The notes beneath the pieces were generated by a model that saw only the letters and a program-made list of their open reading frames with translations, did not search any database and had not been told where the DNA came from. Of a DNA stretch of 64,000 bases, positions 35,270 to 47,300 are shown one piece after another. The stretch's first letter is position 1, and each line of letters begins with the position of its first letter. The stretch is from positions 284,890,001 to 284,954,000 of the forward strand of contig OZ024742.1 of NCBI GenBank assembly GCA_964016885.1. Direction: 5' to 3'. This stretch comes from Eledone cirrhosa. Lineage: Eukaryota. The translations under genes and the position numbers were made by a program.

Positions 35270-35856
35270 CAGCGGTTGCCAACGTTTTGGCCCTCACAGA
35301 CCTCTAAATTCTTAATTTTACATCCTATCCCACGGGCCACTAATAAGAATTGTTTAAAAAAGATAAATACATTTGTAAAATAATGATCAGAGAACTTCCA
35401 TTTTATTAAACAAATCTGAAGTCTACGTCTGTGATATTGTCGATAGATGATACATATGTGTAAAATTCTTTCATGGATCTCTTTTATTTACTGGGGAGAA
35501 ACTTTTTTTAGGGGTTATAAAATATATTTTAAGCGAATATTATTTTAGTTTTATTATAAATAAAACATAAGGGCGGTGGATTGGCAGTATCGGTAGAGAA
35601 TCGGACACCATGCTTTGAGCATAGAGTTACGTCCCTTTATGATCTGATTTCAAATCCCGCCGAGGTTAACTTTGCCTTTCATCCTTACGGTGTCGATAAA
35701 ATAAAGTACCAGTAATACACTTGGTAATTGCTGGCCTTGTGCCAAAATGTAGAAACAATTATTAATAAAACATAAAAATTGCAAATTTTTCTTTGGACCA
35801 TAAAAATTTTCTTTTGGACCACCAGTGATCCACAGACCACTGGTTGGCGACCACTG
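35270..35856. mobile_element. Non-autonomous hAT (Charlie/Buster-like) MITE
   Basis: TIRs CAGCGGTTGCCAAC (35270) and GTTGGCGACCACTG (ending 35856) match at 12/14. The 8-bp flanks GTCTCGAG and GTCTAGAA resemble the NTCTAGAN target of Charlie-type hATs. Confidence 0.7.
35572..35760 (+). mobile_element. tRNA-derived SINE nested in the hAT MITE
   Basis: A-box-like TGGCAGTATCGG and B-box-like TTCAAATCC, then core GCCTTTCATCCTTACGGTGTCGATAAAATAAAGTACCAGT (Meta-domain-like, recalled as an abundant Octopus SINE). Second copy at 48762-48949. Confidence 0.8.
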
Positions 35857-35868
35857 GTCTAGAAGATG

Positions 35869-36470
35869 TATTGCATTGGACAGAAAGTGCACGACATTTT
35901 TTAAAAGGAGGTATTTTGGTAGAGTTTTCTGGAAATGTTGAAGGTTTCGCATGCGCACATACATAAAAAGTGATGTTGGTATGCACTATGAGCATTTCTC
36001 ATTTTCTGTTAGGTCGCCGAAAGGGAAGTAATCTAGATCTATCCAAATCGTTTATTTGTGGCTGTTTACTTTATTACTTCAAATCTGGCCTAAGCGCTGC
36101 AGCATCAAGTCGTAGCATTAACAGTGCATTTGGGTCATACACCATGTCTGAACACAGTGCCAGGGACTGATTCGAACGCTTCCGTTCCGGTGCATCAATC
36201 TGACTGATCGTAATCGTGAATGTCGGGCAGCAGTTGAGACTTCTCTACTCTCCTACCATCGCGCAACCAACTGGTTACGTTCCAATATCACTGACCGTGG
36301 AAAAGGGTGTATCTATATTAATGTCAAGTGCAAGCGATCATGGGTTGATAAAGAGAGTGTGTCACAACGTCAAGCAAAGGCTGGTTTAGGGTGATGGAAG
36401 GGTTTAACGACTGCTGGAAGGAAAGAATATTTACCGATAGTACCTATCCACGGCCTAAACATTGGTTTAA
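35869..36470 (+). mobile_element. Degraded, internally deleted mariner-type transposon
   Basis: Translation LLYYFKSGLSAAASSRSINSAFGSYTMSEHSARD*FERFRSG resembles the N-terminal HTH of mariner/SETMAR-type transposases. Mariner-like left end TATTGCATTGGACAGAAAGT. Boundaries approximate. Confidence 0.55.
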
Positions 36471-36862
36471 TAATGAGAAATCCACCCCCACTCCCCAAAT
36501 TCTGGATTATTTTGCAAATTAATTGAAAATCATAGGCAGCGTATTTCATTACAAAATGTGGTAACGAAAGCGATATACATATATTTTTAGCTTCGGAATC
36601 CTAACAAAATGTATTGTGTATTTATAGCAAAATTCGAGATTACCTACCCTTGAAGAGCTCTCCGGTGTTTTCTAAAACTTCACGATAATCTGCAGAGGTA
36701 GCCATTTTTATTTTATATAACAGGCTGAATGAGTTGAGGTGAATAACCCAACGAAACTTAAGTACCTGTATATGTCACTGTTGTAACTAATTATACTTAG
36801 CTCGTCTTGTGGACTGAGTGCTCTTACCCTTGGATATTCCTACCAAGCTTATACTACAGTAC

Positions 36863-36866
<4 letters not shown>

Positions 36867-36920
<54 letters not shown>
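36867..36920. repeat. (GT)n microsatellite
   Basis: Pure GT run. Confidence 0.97.
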
Positions 36921-36922
<2 letters not shown>

Positions 36923-37544
36923 TCGGCAAACTCATATATATTGTACATGACCTTTCACCTCCTATTTTATCGTTAATTTCCGAATGGAGGCCAGATTCAT
37001 TGGTTGAAAACATAAAAAAAAGGAAAAATTCATTTCACTTCCAATGCGAGACGAATCTAATAGTAAGAACTTACCAATTCAACAACACATCATTTAATTC
37101 AAAATATAACTTTTAGTAACTGGAAGAAAATCAAAATATATACGTAATTCTAACAGAGCCGGATTTAGACCATGGAGGACCCGGGTCACTATTGGCATGG
37201 TGTTGCCTTCCCCTTACACAAAATTGTAATACACAGCAAACCCACAAATTTACATATCACTCTCCTTATTGCAAATAATTGGAATTGGTAAGTTATATAT
37301 ACATACAAATGTTAATGGCAAAAAACTGATCAGTAATATAGAAATGTAAATACATCAGAATAGAACCAGTTTTATACTGGTTAGACCATTACTCAACAGA
37401 GTACCCGATACTTGAGATAGTAGAGTATGGTTATATTATAAAGAATCGGGGCCCAACGGCTGAGCTATTGCCGTTTTAACAGCGAGTTCCAAAATCTGGA
37501 ACTCGCTGTTGAAACGACAAGAGCTCAGTATGATATATGTACGT

Positions 37545-37785
37545 GTACACATATAATTCAAAACATACAGATCTACACACGCAAGAACACCCATATCTGC
37601 ACACACACATGCACACGCGCGTAAACACATAGATATACATATGTATTTACCTAGTTGATGTCTAAATTCCAATGAAAGAGTCTTGTTTGTATGTTAGAAA
37701 CCGATTCCCTCTATTGGTGAACATTTTTTAAATAATAAAACCTGAAGAACATACCTATCTACCTACATACATACATACATACATA
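37545..37785 (+). mobile_element. 3' UTR remnant of R4-like family A, ending in (CATA)n
   Basis: Aligns by eye with 39090-39275 (CCTAGTTGATG...AAATTCCAATGA.AGAGTCTTG...GTTAGAAACCGA...GAAGAACATAC). Confidence 0.75.
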
Positions 37786-38085
37786 TGGCTGCCCCCTCGT
37801 TATCGAGTATAGCCATTGCACGATATACCATTATTGATAATTATTAATTAATTCTATCGTACAATGCCTGTGCATGAAGATTTTTTTAAAGTGAGAAAAG
37901 ACTGTGCACTGAGCAATTTCCCGCTCTGAGCGACAGTAGCTATAACCCGAAAAGAAGAAAAGATCAACATCATCGGTAACTACTGAACCGCAGGGTTTAT
38001 GTCGGAGTTATCCCAGTTTCCTGAGTTGCCTTCTCTTAGAAGAATGCCCTGACAAAGGCTAGGGGTCCTTCACTCCCAGTGGTTT
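37785..38085 (-). mobile_element. Short RTE-derived non-autonomous element, family B
   Basis: RTE-type 3' stem-loop CTCG-ATAA-CGAG followed by an (ATGT)n tail on the minus strand. Body is homologous to 48223-48416 and related to family C. Confidence 0.65.
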
Positions 38086-38156
38086 AACCGCACGATCGGG
38101 TATCCAGCCCGACTATTTCTATGTCCCCGCGCATATACATACACATACATACATAC

Positions 38157-38569
38157 ATGGTGGCTGCCAACTCGTTTTCGAGTACGGCCACTACTTTATA
38201 TCCATGTAGGAGAACCCCTACCGATGCGCTGAACGAGTGTGACTTTTTAGTCCAGCCAGCGACTTGAAAACTCTGGTACAAACACTACACTTGTGACAAT
38301 TATTGACACATAGTGCTGGGCCCATGGTACCATGTGACGACAAGTGCAGAGAGATCTACAGATATAAAGCAATGCCTGTGCTGTGAAGCTTTTATAGTGA
38401 GCAAAGGCACTGCACAAAGCCAGTCCCACTCTCTTAACCAAGATGATATTTACCAAAAAGAAGAACAAGTCAACATCATTGGATACCATCAGGGTTGCAG
38501 GTGTTACATCAGAGTTTTCCTTCTCCTAGAATTCTGCCTTGACATAGGCTAAGGGATCATCTCTCCTGG
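38157..38569 (-). mobile_element. RTE-derived non-autonomous element, family C copy 1 (5'-truncated)
   Basis: Closely similar to 39275-39690 and 39970-40385. 3' hairpin CTCG-AAAA-CGAG plus (ATGT)n tail. Contains the RTE 5'UTR-like motif CTAGGAGAAGGAAAACTCTGA. Confidence 0.8.
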
Positions 38570-38612
38570 ACATGCATACATACATACATACATACATGCA
38601 TACATACATACA

Positions 38613-39275
38613 TTACAACAATGTGGAAGACATCCATGTACATAATATGAAAGAGTACTGGTGGAATGTTCCAGTAAAAGCTCCAATAAAATGCAGGCAT
38701 AACAGACCAGATATTATGATATGGGACAGGGAGAAGCAAACATGCACAGTAGTGGAAATTAGCTGCCCAGCAGATGCCAATATAATATCAAACATTAGTG
38801 AAAAGGAGAATATTTATGCAGAACTGATGAGAAATCTGCAGATACTCCACCCTGATTACACCTTCAGATTTATGCCTGTGATTATTTGGGCACTGGGATA
38901 TGTTAGTAACTGCCTCAATACAAATCTTGAGAAGCTAGGCTTCACAGTAGCAGAAAGAACACAACTAGTTAGGAAACTACAAGTACAATCCATTACTGGA
39001 CCAGTAAAAATATGTAAAACATTCCAAAAAATGTGCATCTAATAACTGCATATACACATGTACAGATGCAAAGCATATACACATGCACACATACAACTCA
39101 AAACATACACATCCACACATACAATAATATCCATATCTACTCATGCATACATACATATCTACCTAGTTGATGTTGTGTAAATTCCAATGAGAGAGTCTTG
39201 TGTCTATGTTAGAAACCGACTCTCTCTCTATTGGTAAAACTTTGTGAAATTATAAAACCAGAAGAACATACATAC
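38613..39275 (+). pseudogene. 5'-truncated R4-clade retrotransposon (family A): restriction-like endonuclease C-terminus plus 3' UTR
   Basis: HNRPDIMIWD...VVEISCP...EKENIY...PVIIWALG parallels HNRPDLVVVD...DVACP...EKINRY...PIVIGALG in the intact ORF at 44722. Stop at 39042. (CATA)n on both sides. Confidence 0.85.
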
Positions 39276-39837
39276 ATGGTGGCTGCCAACTCGTTTTCGA
39301 GTACGGCCACTACTTTATATCCATGTAGGAGAACTCCTACCGATGCGCTGAACGAGTGTGACTTTTTAATCCAGCCAGCGACTTGAAAACTCTGGTACAA
39401 ACACTACACCTGTGACAATTATTGTCACATAGTGCTGGGCCCATGGTACCATGTGACGACAAGTGCAGAGAGATCTGCACATATAAAGCAATGCCTGTGC
39501 CGTGAAGCTTTTATAGTGAGCAAAGGCACTGCACAAAGCCAGTCCCACTCTCTTAACCAAGATGATATTTATCAAAAAGAAGAACAAGTCAACATCATTG
39601 GATACCATCAGAGTTGCAGGTGTTATATCAGAGTTTTCCTTCTCCTAGAATTCTGCCTAGACAAAGGCTAAGGGGTCATCTCTCCCGGTGATTTTGGATG
39701 GCCATTGACTCTTAAGAGCTCCTTTGCCCTTTGACAGGTTTTGTTTTTAGTCCTGCAGGATGTCCAAAGTCACCCTCCTCACCAAGAAACCTTGGTGGGG
39801 TTGCCAGTTTAGTCGCCAACGACCCCACCATGAGACA
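39275..39837 (-). mobile_element. Family C copy 2
   Basis: Direct repeat of copies 1 and 3, extending further 5' than copy 1. Confidence 0.8.
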
Positions 39838-39851
39838 TACATACATACATG

Positions 39852-39891
39852 ATGGCTGCCCCCTTGTTATCGAGTATGGCCATTGCACGAG
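39852..39891 (-). mobile_element. Isolated 3' tail of a family-B-type element
   Basis: ATGGCTGCCCCCTTGTTATCGAGTATGGCCATTGCACGA matches 37785-37823, next to a (CATA)n run. Confidence 0.7.
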
Positions 39892-39969
39892 GAGAAAAAA
39901 AAAATTAATAAATAAATAAAAAATAAAAAAAATAATAAAAAAATAAATATATATATATATATATATATA

Positions 39970-40580
39970 CATGGTGGCTGCCAACTCGTTTTCGAGTACG
40001 GCCACTACTTTATAACCATGTAGGAGAACCCCTACCAATGGGCTGAACGAGTGTGACTTTTTAGTCCAGCCAGCGACTTGAAAACTCTGGTACAAACACT
40101 ACACTTGTGACAATTATTGACACTTAGTGCTGGGCCCATGGTACCATGTAATGACAAGTGCAGAGAGATCTCCAGATACAAAGCAATGCCTGTGCCGTGA
40201 AGCTTTTATAGTGAGCAAAGGCACTGCACAAAGCCAGTCCCACTCTCTTAACCAAGATGATATTTACCAAAAAGAAGAACAAGTCAACATCATTGGATAC
40301 CATCAGGGTTGCAGGTGTTATATCAGAGTTTTCCTTCTCCTAGAATTCTGCCTTGACTAAGGCTAAAGGGGTCATCTCTCCCGGTGATTTTGGATGGCCA
40401 TTGACTCTTAAGAGCTCCTTTGCCCTTTGACAGGTTTTGTTTTTAGTCCTGCAGGATGTCCAAAGTCACCCTCCTCACCAAGAAACCTTGGTGGGGTTGC
40501 CAGTTTAGTCGCCAACGACCCGACCATGAGACAGGTTGTACTGGGATACATGTTACCAGTAGCACCAACTGGTGACCTGA
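39970..40580 (-). mobile_element. Family C copy 3 (longest, about 610 bp, possibly full length)
   Basis: Direct repeat of copies 1 and 2 with about 45 extra 5' bases. Confidence 0.8.
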
Positions 40581-40757
40581 CATACACACATACATACACA
40601 TATATACACACACACACATACATTAATAACAATAATAATAATAATAACAATAATAATAATAACGACAACAACAATAATAATATACATATACATATATATA
40701 CACATACACGCACACACATAAGCATATCTATACACATACACACACACACGATAACAA
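40581..40757. repeat. Compound (CA/CATA)n-(TAA/CAA)n microsatellite
   Basis: Visible simple repeats. Confidence 0.9.
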
Positions 40758-43700
40758 CTAACAGCGCTGCGATCGAATGTGGCTTTTTAGCCCAGCCAAT
40801 GATCTAAAATGTCTTGCACAGAGTCGGCAACCAAAACATTCACTGGGAATAGTCGGCTGTAGTTGGAGTTCGTGTACTTTTGCATGTCGCTTGAGCCCTC
40901 CTGCTGATTTACATTCTATACCACATGTTTGGCAAGCATGATGAGTAGCATCTCCAACAGCAGCCTGGTAGTCAACCACTGGTCTTACTTTATGACTGCG
41001 AAGATGACTTTCGAGTCCAGCTTTGCTTAGGCAGAGTCTCGCACAGACGCTGCATGTCAGCACCATAGGAGGACCCTCGCCGTCTGGAAGTGCAACAGCA
41101 ATGCCCTTCCTCACATCCCGCTTTACTTTCTCGTATGCGATTCGAGATGCCTCAAAGGCAACTTTTCCCTCATATACAGTCTTTCTCCATTTATTACGAT
41201 CAGCAGCAATATTTTCCCATGTATCAGCAGAGATGTTAGCGTCTTTCAGAGAAGCTTTCAAGGAATCCTTATACCTCTTTTTTGGTTTATGTGGCGGTCG
41301 TTTTCCTTTAACCAACTCTCCATAAAAGAGTTGTTTTGGTATTCTAGAATCTTTCATCCTGGCAAGGTGACCACTCCAACGGAGTAGTTGCTTAAGCACA
41401 AGAGCTTCTATACTGTCACACATAGAGCTTTCCAAAATCTCGACATCACTGATGTGGTCCCTCCAGTGAACGCCATGGATCCGTATGAGACACATCTGAT
41501 GGAAACGCTCCAATTGCTTAAGGTGGTGTCGATATGTGACCCAGGTCTCGCAGGCATAAAGAAGACAAGAGAGCACACATGCCCTGTACACCTTTACCTT
41601 TGTCCCCCGGCATATGTCTCGCCGACCCCAGAGTCGCCTTTCTAGCTTTCCGAAAGCATCACTTGCTTTCCTAATCCTAAGTGAGATTTCACTGTCAAGG
41701 TTGCTGTATCGATTGACAGTGCTTCCCAGGTAGACAAACTGATCAACCACTCCAAGTCGTTTGCCATACACATAGATGTTTGGTTCAGTGTACTGCTTAC
41801 CAGGGGCAGGTTGGTACATGACGACGGTTTTCTTGAGACTGACAGTCAATCCTAGGGCAGTGCAAGCGTCAGAAAATGCATTCAAAATGTGATGCATATC
41901 ACTCTCTGTGTGCGCTACAAGATCGCAATTATCTACATACAAGAGGTCTCTTATGATTGATGTAAATAGTTTTGTCTTCGCAGCAAAGCGCCTGATGTTA
42001 AATATGCTGCCTGAGGTTCGATATCGGATGTAAACACCATGCTCGCAATTCCTGAATGCAATACAGAAAACCATTGCAAAGTATATGGCAAACAGGGTCG
42101 GTGCTGGAATATCCCCTGTTTCACTCCATTTTTTACTGAGATAGGCTCCGACATTAACCCAAGCCTTCATGTCGTCATGGAAAGACCTAACTAAAGCAAG
42201 GAACTTATCAGGGCAACCAAGTTTCTGGAGAACTTTCCATAATGCATCTCTGTTAACAGTATCGAAAGCTTTTATCAGATAGACAAAAATCTGATACAGA
42301 TCCAAGCCTTGTTCCATGCACTTCTCCTGGAGCTGTCTAGCTGAGAAGATCATATCAGTAGTGCCGCGTCCAGCACGAAAACCTGATTGACTTTCAGGAA
42401 GAACACAATCTGCAATGTGTGTCAGCAGACGGTCCAGAAGCACCCTACATAAAACTTTCCCTACGACAGAAAGCAATGATATGCCTCTGTAGTTCCCACA
42501 ATCGTTCCTGTTACCCTTTCCCTTGTACAAGACCACCATTACTGCATCTCTCCAGTCCTCAGGTACGGATTCATTAGTCCATATCCTGCCAAACAAAGAG
42601 TGAAGATGTTGCAGGAGTCTCTCACCACCATATTGTAGGAGCTCAGCATGTATGCCATCCATACCTGGAGATCTTCCACTGTTCAGCTTCGAAATAGCCA
42701 CTGCAACCTCCACAAGCGTCGGAGGTTCTGCGAGAGCTACTTTCACAGGACTTTCTGGAATGAGATTGAGGAAATCTTCACTGACGACAGATGGCTGATT
42801 CAAAAGATCATCAAAGTGCTCTCGCCACCTTCGTAGAATTCCTTGTGAGTCACGAAGAAGTTCTTTGCCATCCTTGCTGCGAAGCGGTGTCACCAGAGAA
42901 GAAGACGGTCCATAAACCTCACGCAAGAGACTGTACAACAGCTTTGTGTTATTGGAATCTGACGCAGTTTGTATCTCACCAGCCTTCTCACTCCACCACT
43001 GATCCTTCATCTGAGAAAGACTCCGCCTAACACGTGATTTTTCATCCCTGAGTTCCTCATGTAACGTATTCCTCTCCTGTGGTTTTGCCGTCAAGTAGCG
43101 TAATAGAGCACGCCTCTTATCAGCCAACAAGTCTTCTATATGTACACCATTCTCATCAAACCAGTCCTGGTGTTTTCTCTGCACCAATCCCAGAACACGC
43201 CTGCCTACATCATAAACCGACTTTTTAAGGGTCGGCCAATCCTCACCAAGATCTGCAGCCTGCATCTCTTCTTCCAATGTCCTCTTCACATTTTTATCCT
43301 TAAGACGAGCAGCATTCAATCTTTTGGGCAGGGCAACACCAGGAGCCCGGATTTTACGTTTAGTGATTAGTTTCACTTTTGCGCGTACCAGGCGGTGGTC
43401 CGTCCAGCACTCAGCTCCACGAAGAGCACGAACACACTGCACATCCTGTCTGTCTCGCATCCTGACTAGGACGTAGTCCAAAAGATGCCATTCCTTAGAT
43501 GCAGGATGCATCCATGTGGTCTTGAATTTGTTCTTTTGTTGGAACATGGTGTTGGTAACACACAGATCCAGCTCCTCACACATCTGCAGCAGGAGCATAC
43601 CATTGTTGTTACACTTTCCCACCCCATGCCTTCCGATTACATTCCATGTGTTAAAATCCCTACCCACTCTAGCATTAAAGTCACCAAGCACGATGACTTT

Positions 43701-44200
43701 GTCTGCCTGAGGGATATTTCTTAAAACACCTTTCAAGGCATGGTAAAAGGACACTTTTTCTTCATCGACAGAATTCATAGTTGGAGCATACACACTCACT
43801 AGGGTAGCATATCTTCCTTTGTCCAGCGGAACTCTCGTGGACATAAGACGCTCACTAATCCCTACTGGGAATACTTCTAATTTATTCACAAGTACAGTCT
43901 TAACAGCAAATCATACCCCAGCCTCTCTTCTGGTTCCTTCATCTCTTCCTTTCCAGAAGAATGTATATTCTCCACAAAATTCTGTAAGATGACCATCTCC
44001 AGCTAACCTCGTCTCAGATAAAGCCACGATGTCAAGATCGTAACGTCGAAGCTCCTTTGCAACAAGAGCGGTCCTTCGTTCAGGACGCTCCAAGGAATCC
44101 CTGTCAAGCAGCATCCGTACGTTCCAGCAGCCAAGACTAAATGCCTTGTTTGGCTCTATTACAATTGCACGCTGACGAGCGGGCCCAGGCTGTGATAACC
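40758..44200 (-). pseudogene. Near full-length RTE-clade LINE (APE endonuclease, RT, three C2H2 zinc fingers), disabled
   Basis: APE motifs CWNVR, LSETR, SVYAPT, LGDFNARVG, LDY, TDH and RT motifs SPGMDG, NYRGISLL, QSGFR, KAFDTV, RWSGH. In-frame TGA at 43911-43913 joins the two listed ORFs (REAGV*FAVK). Catalytic YADD reads YVDN. GVKQG lies in another frame (two compensating frameshifts near 42115-42150). Confidence 0.93.
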
Positions 44201-44310
44201 TGGGGCCCCTGCCCTTATTGCCAATGATCTTTTTTGTTCCAGAACATAAATTGCCAATTATCTCTTTTATATTGTTCTGGAACATCATTGAATTGGGGGG
44301 AAAAAAAAAA

Positions 44311-47300
44311 AGTAATAATAATAGTAATAATAATAATATTAATAATAATAATAATAAGAAGAAGAAAAACAGAGAAAAACAAAAACAAAAAAAGAAACCC
44401 CAAAAACGTAAAGAAAATAAGAATGAAGAGAGAAGCAGGCGGACGGACAGAGAAGAGGGGGGGAAAAGTAAAACTTAAAAAACAAAAACTAAGTCAGACA
44501 TTCGAATACTACATTACAATGAAACTTATGCTTATTCATTTTTGGGGCCCTTTCTGCCCGTGTGTTTGTTTGTTTATGTGTGTCCGTATACAGCGTGGTG
44601 ATAATGCCACACAAGGGCCAAGTGGGATGGCGGATCCACAGATGGCTATGTAAACATACATTCGCCAATCCTCGATAAGAGTGTTTAAATATCGAACATA
44701 AACAGTTCGAATAACGGTGAAATGGAGACTAGAACGTCATGTGACAGACTCTCACCCAACAGGTGCCCCCTGGCTCAGCAGCAGGAACCTGACTGTCAAC
44801 CAAATACTGCTGATGTTGGAGGAAGAAGAAGAAGGAAAGGGGCCAGAACCAACTGGACGAAAGAATTGAATAGAACTGTTATGCAATGCTACCTGAAAAG
44901 TAACCCCAAGGAGAGGGGCTACAGGAGACGGATGCATAACATCTGGAACGAGATTGGTTTATTTAAATTAGATGAACAAAAATTGGCCGGGCAGGCTCGG
45001 GTAATAAGAACTAATGGGTGGATAAGCGAGCTGGAACTGGAGGAACTGAGCAGAGAGAATGGCTTGGAGATGGCGGGTGTAGTATGCCAGACAAGCGAGC
45101 CGGCAGGAAATGAAGGTGAGGAGGTCCTGAGAACGGAGGAACCACCCGAAGCAGACAATGATCTGAATACTGAGATAAATAATACCTGGAACAGAGATAC
45201 GGCCACTGAGGAGATGAATGCTGACGGGCTAGGACAAGATTCGGTTGACATCCTAAATTTAGTGGTAGATGAGTTGAACAATGATAGTGGGAGACCTATG
45301 AACCTAAGATTTGTAGACAGGAAAAAGTTAAAAGAAACAACAGCTAAGGTAAACAAAGTCATCCCATACCTTGAGGCGAGGAGTCTTCACCAGTGCAACA
45401 ATATCCTCAAAGCAACAGCAAATACGGTGAGGAAACTACTTGGTATAAAAGCGAGAGGAAACAACAGACAAGAAAGAGCAGAGCCGTGGTGGAAGAAGCG
45501 ACTGAGTGGGCAAATCGGGGAAATGAGAAATGACATAGGAAAGCTTGAGTCACTACTGAATGGGACACTAAAAAACATAGGCACTAAAAATAGACTGGAA
45601 ATAAAATACAAAACTAGGAGTAAAAAGCTAAATATTATCATAGAGGAATTGAAGCAACGCATTGTAGCAAAGAGTGCCAAAATCAGGCGATACGAGAACA
45701 GAGTCAGTCAGTATAAACAGAACCGCATGTTCGACAACAACCAGAAGATGCTGTTTGGACAGCTTGAGGGGAAAGAAAGAGGCAAGGACTTGATCCCTGG
45801 GGCGGAACAAGCTAAAACATTCTGGAGAGGAATATGGGAGCAGGATGTTAGACACAATGCCCAGGCAGGGTGGATTGAGACAGTACAGAGGGAGATCGGT
45901 GAGCAGGCACAGCAACAGACTGATTTGAGTATCACAGTTGAAACTCTTAAGGGGCAAGCCAAAAAACTAACCAACTGGAAATCACCAGGCCCAGATGGTG
46001 TGCAGGGGTATTGGATTAAACATTTAACATCCCTCCACCCGAAGCTGACGGCCATGTTCAATGACTGCTTGGTGTCGGGTGAGGTGCCAGAGTGGTTGAC
46101 AAAAGGTACCACAGTTCTGATAATGAAAGACCGAATCAAGGGTAATGATGTTACCAACTATAGACCTATCACATGTCTGCCCGTAATGTGGAAACTGTTG
46201 ACGAGCATTGTGTCTGAGGAAATCTACCATCACCTCCACACAAACAACTTGTTGCCGGACGAACAGAAAGGATGCCGAAAGAAGTCACGTGGTACAAAGG
46301 ACCAGTTGCTTATTGATAAGATGGTAATGGGGAATTGCAGGAGGAGACACACTGATCTTGCCATGGGATGGATAGACTACAGAAAGGCATTTGACATGGT
46401 GCCTCATTCCTGGATCACCAAAAGCCTGGAGATCTTCAGGGTGGCAGATAACATCAGACAGTTGCTGGGCAGGAGTATGGGGTCCTGGGAGACAGAGTTG
46501 ACATCAACTGGAGTATCCTTGGGAAGCGTGAAGATCAAGAGAGGTATCTTCCAGGGAGATAGCCTGTCCCCTCTGTTGTTTGTCCTTGCCCTGATGCCCT
46601 TGACCATTATGCTGCGAAAAGTGAGAGCAGGATACAAGTTGGGAAGGGGAGAGCTTACCATCAATCACCTCCTCTTCATGGACGATCTTAAGCTCTTCGG
46701 GAAAAGTGAGAAGGAGTTGGATGTGCTTGTTGACACTGTCCGTATTTTCAGCAGTGATATATGTATGCAGTTTGGTATTGGTAAATGTGGAGTCATTGTG
46801 ATGAGGAGGGGTAGGTTGAGCAGAAGTAACGGGATCCAGATACCAACAGGTGAGATGATAAAGGAAATTGACTCTGAGGAAGGATACAAGTATTTGGGCG
46901 TTCTGGAGGCTGATGGCATAAAGAACAAAAAAATGAAGGAATTGTTAAGAACTGAATACATTCGGAGAGTAAGGAGCGTATTGAAGTCACATCTGAACAG
47001 CAGAAATGCCATAAGCGCAGTAAATTCCCGAGCTGTGTCTATTATTAGGTACAGTGCGGGAATTCTGAGATGGAATGTTGCTGAACAAAAAGAAATGGAT
47101 AGGAAGACTAGGAAGCTATTGACTATCTACAACATGTTCCACAAGAGGAGTGATGTCGATAGACTCTACCTAAGGAGATCTGAGGGTGGAAGAGGTCTTA
47201 TCAGCATAGAGGACTGTGTTCAGATGGAGAAAAACAACCTATACAAATACGTGACCTATAGTAAGGAGCCAATGCTCAGAGCTGTACTGAAGGAGGGGAC

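Noticed and set aside
37155-37500. Possible hAT/Tip100-like MITE starting CAGAGCCGGATTTAG
   Set aside because: No clear matching right TIR or TSD.
43911-43913. In-frame TGA in the RTE ORF as programmed readthrough or selenocysteine
   Set aside because: It replaces a conserved Gly (GVGF) by one base change, and the copy has other disabling lesions (YVDN, frameshifts), so ordinary decay explains it.
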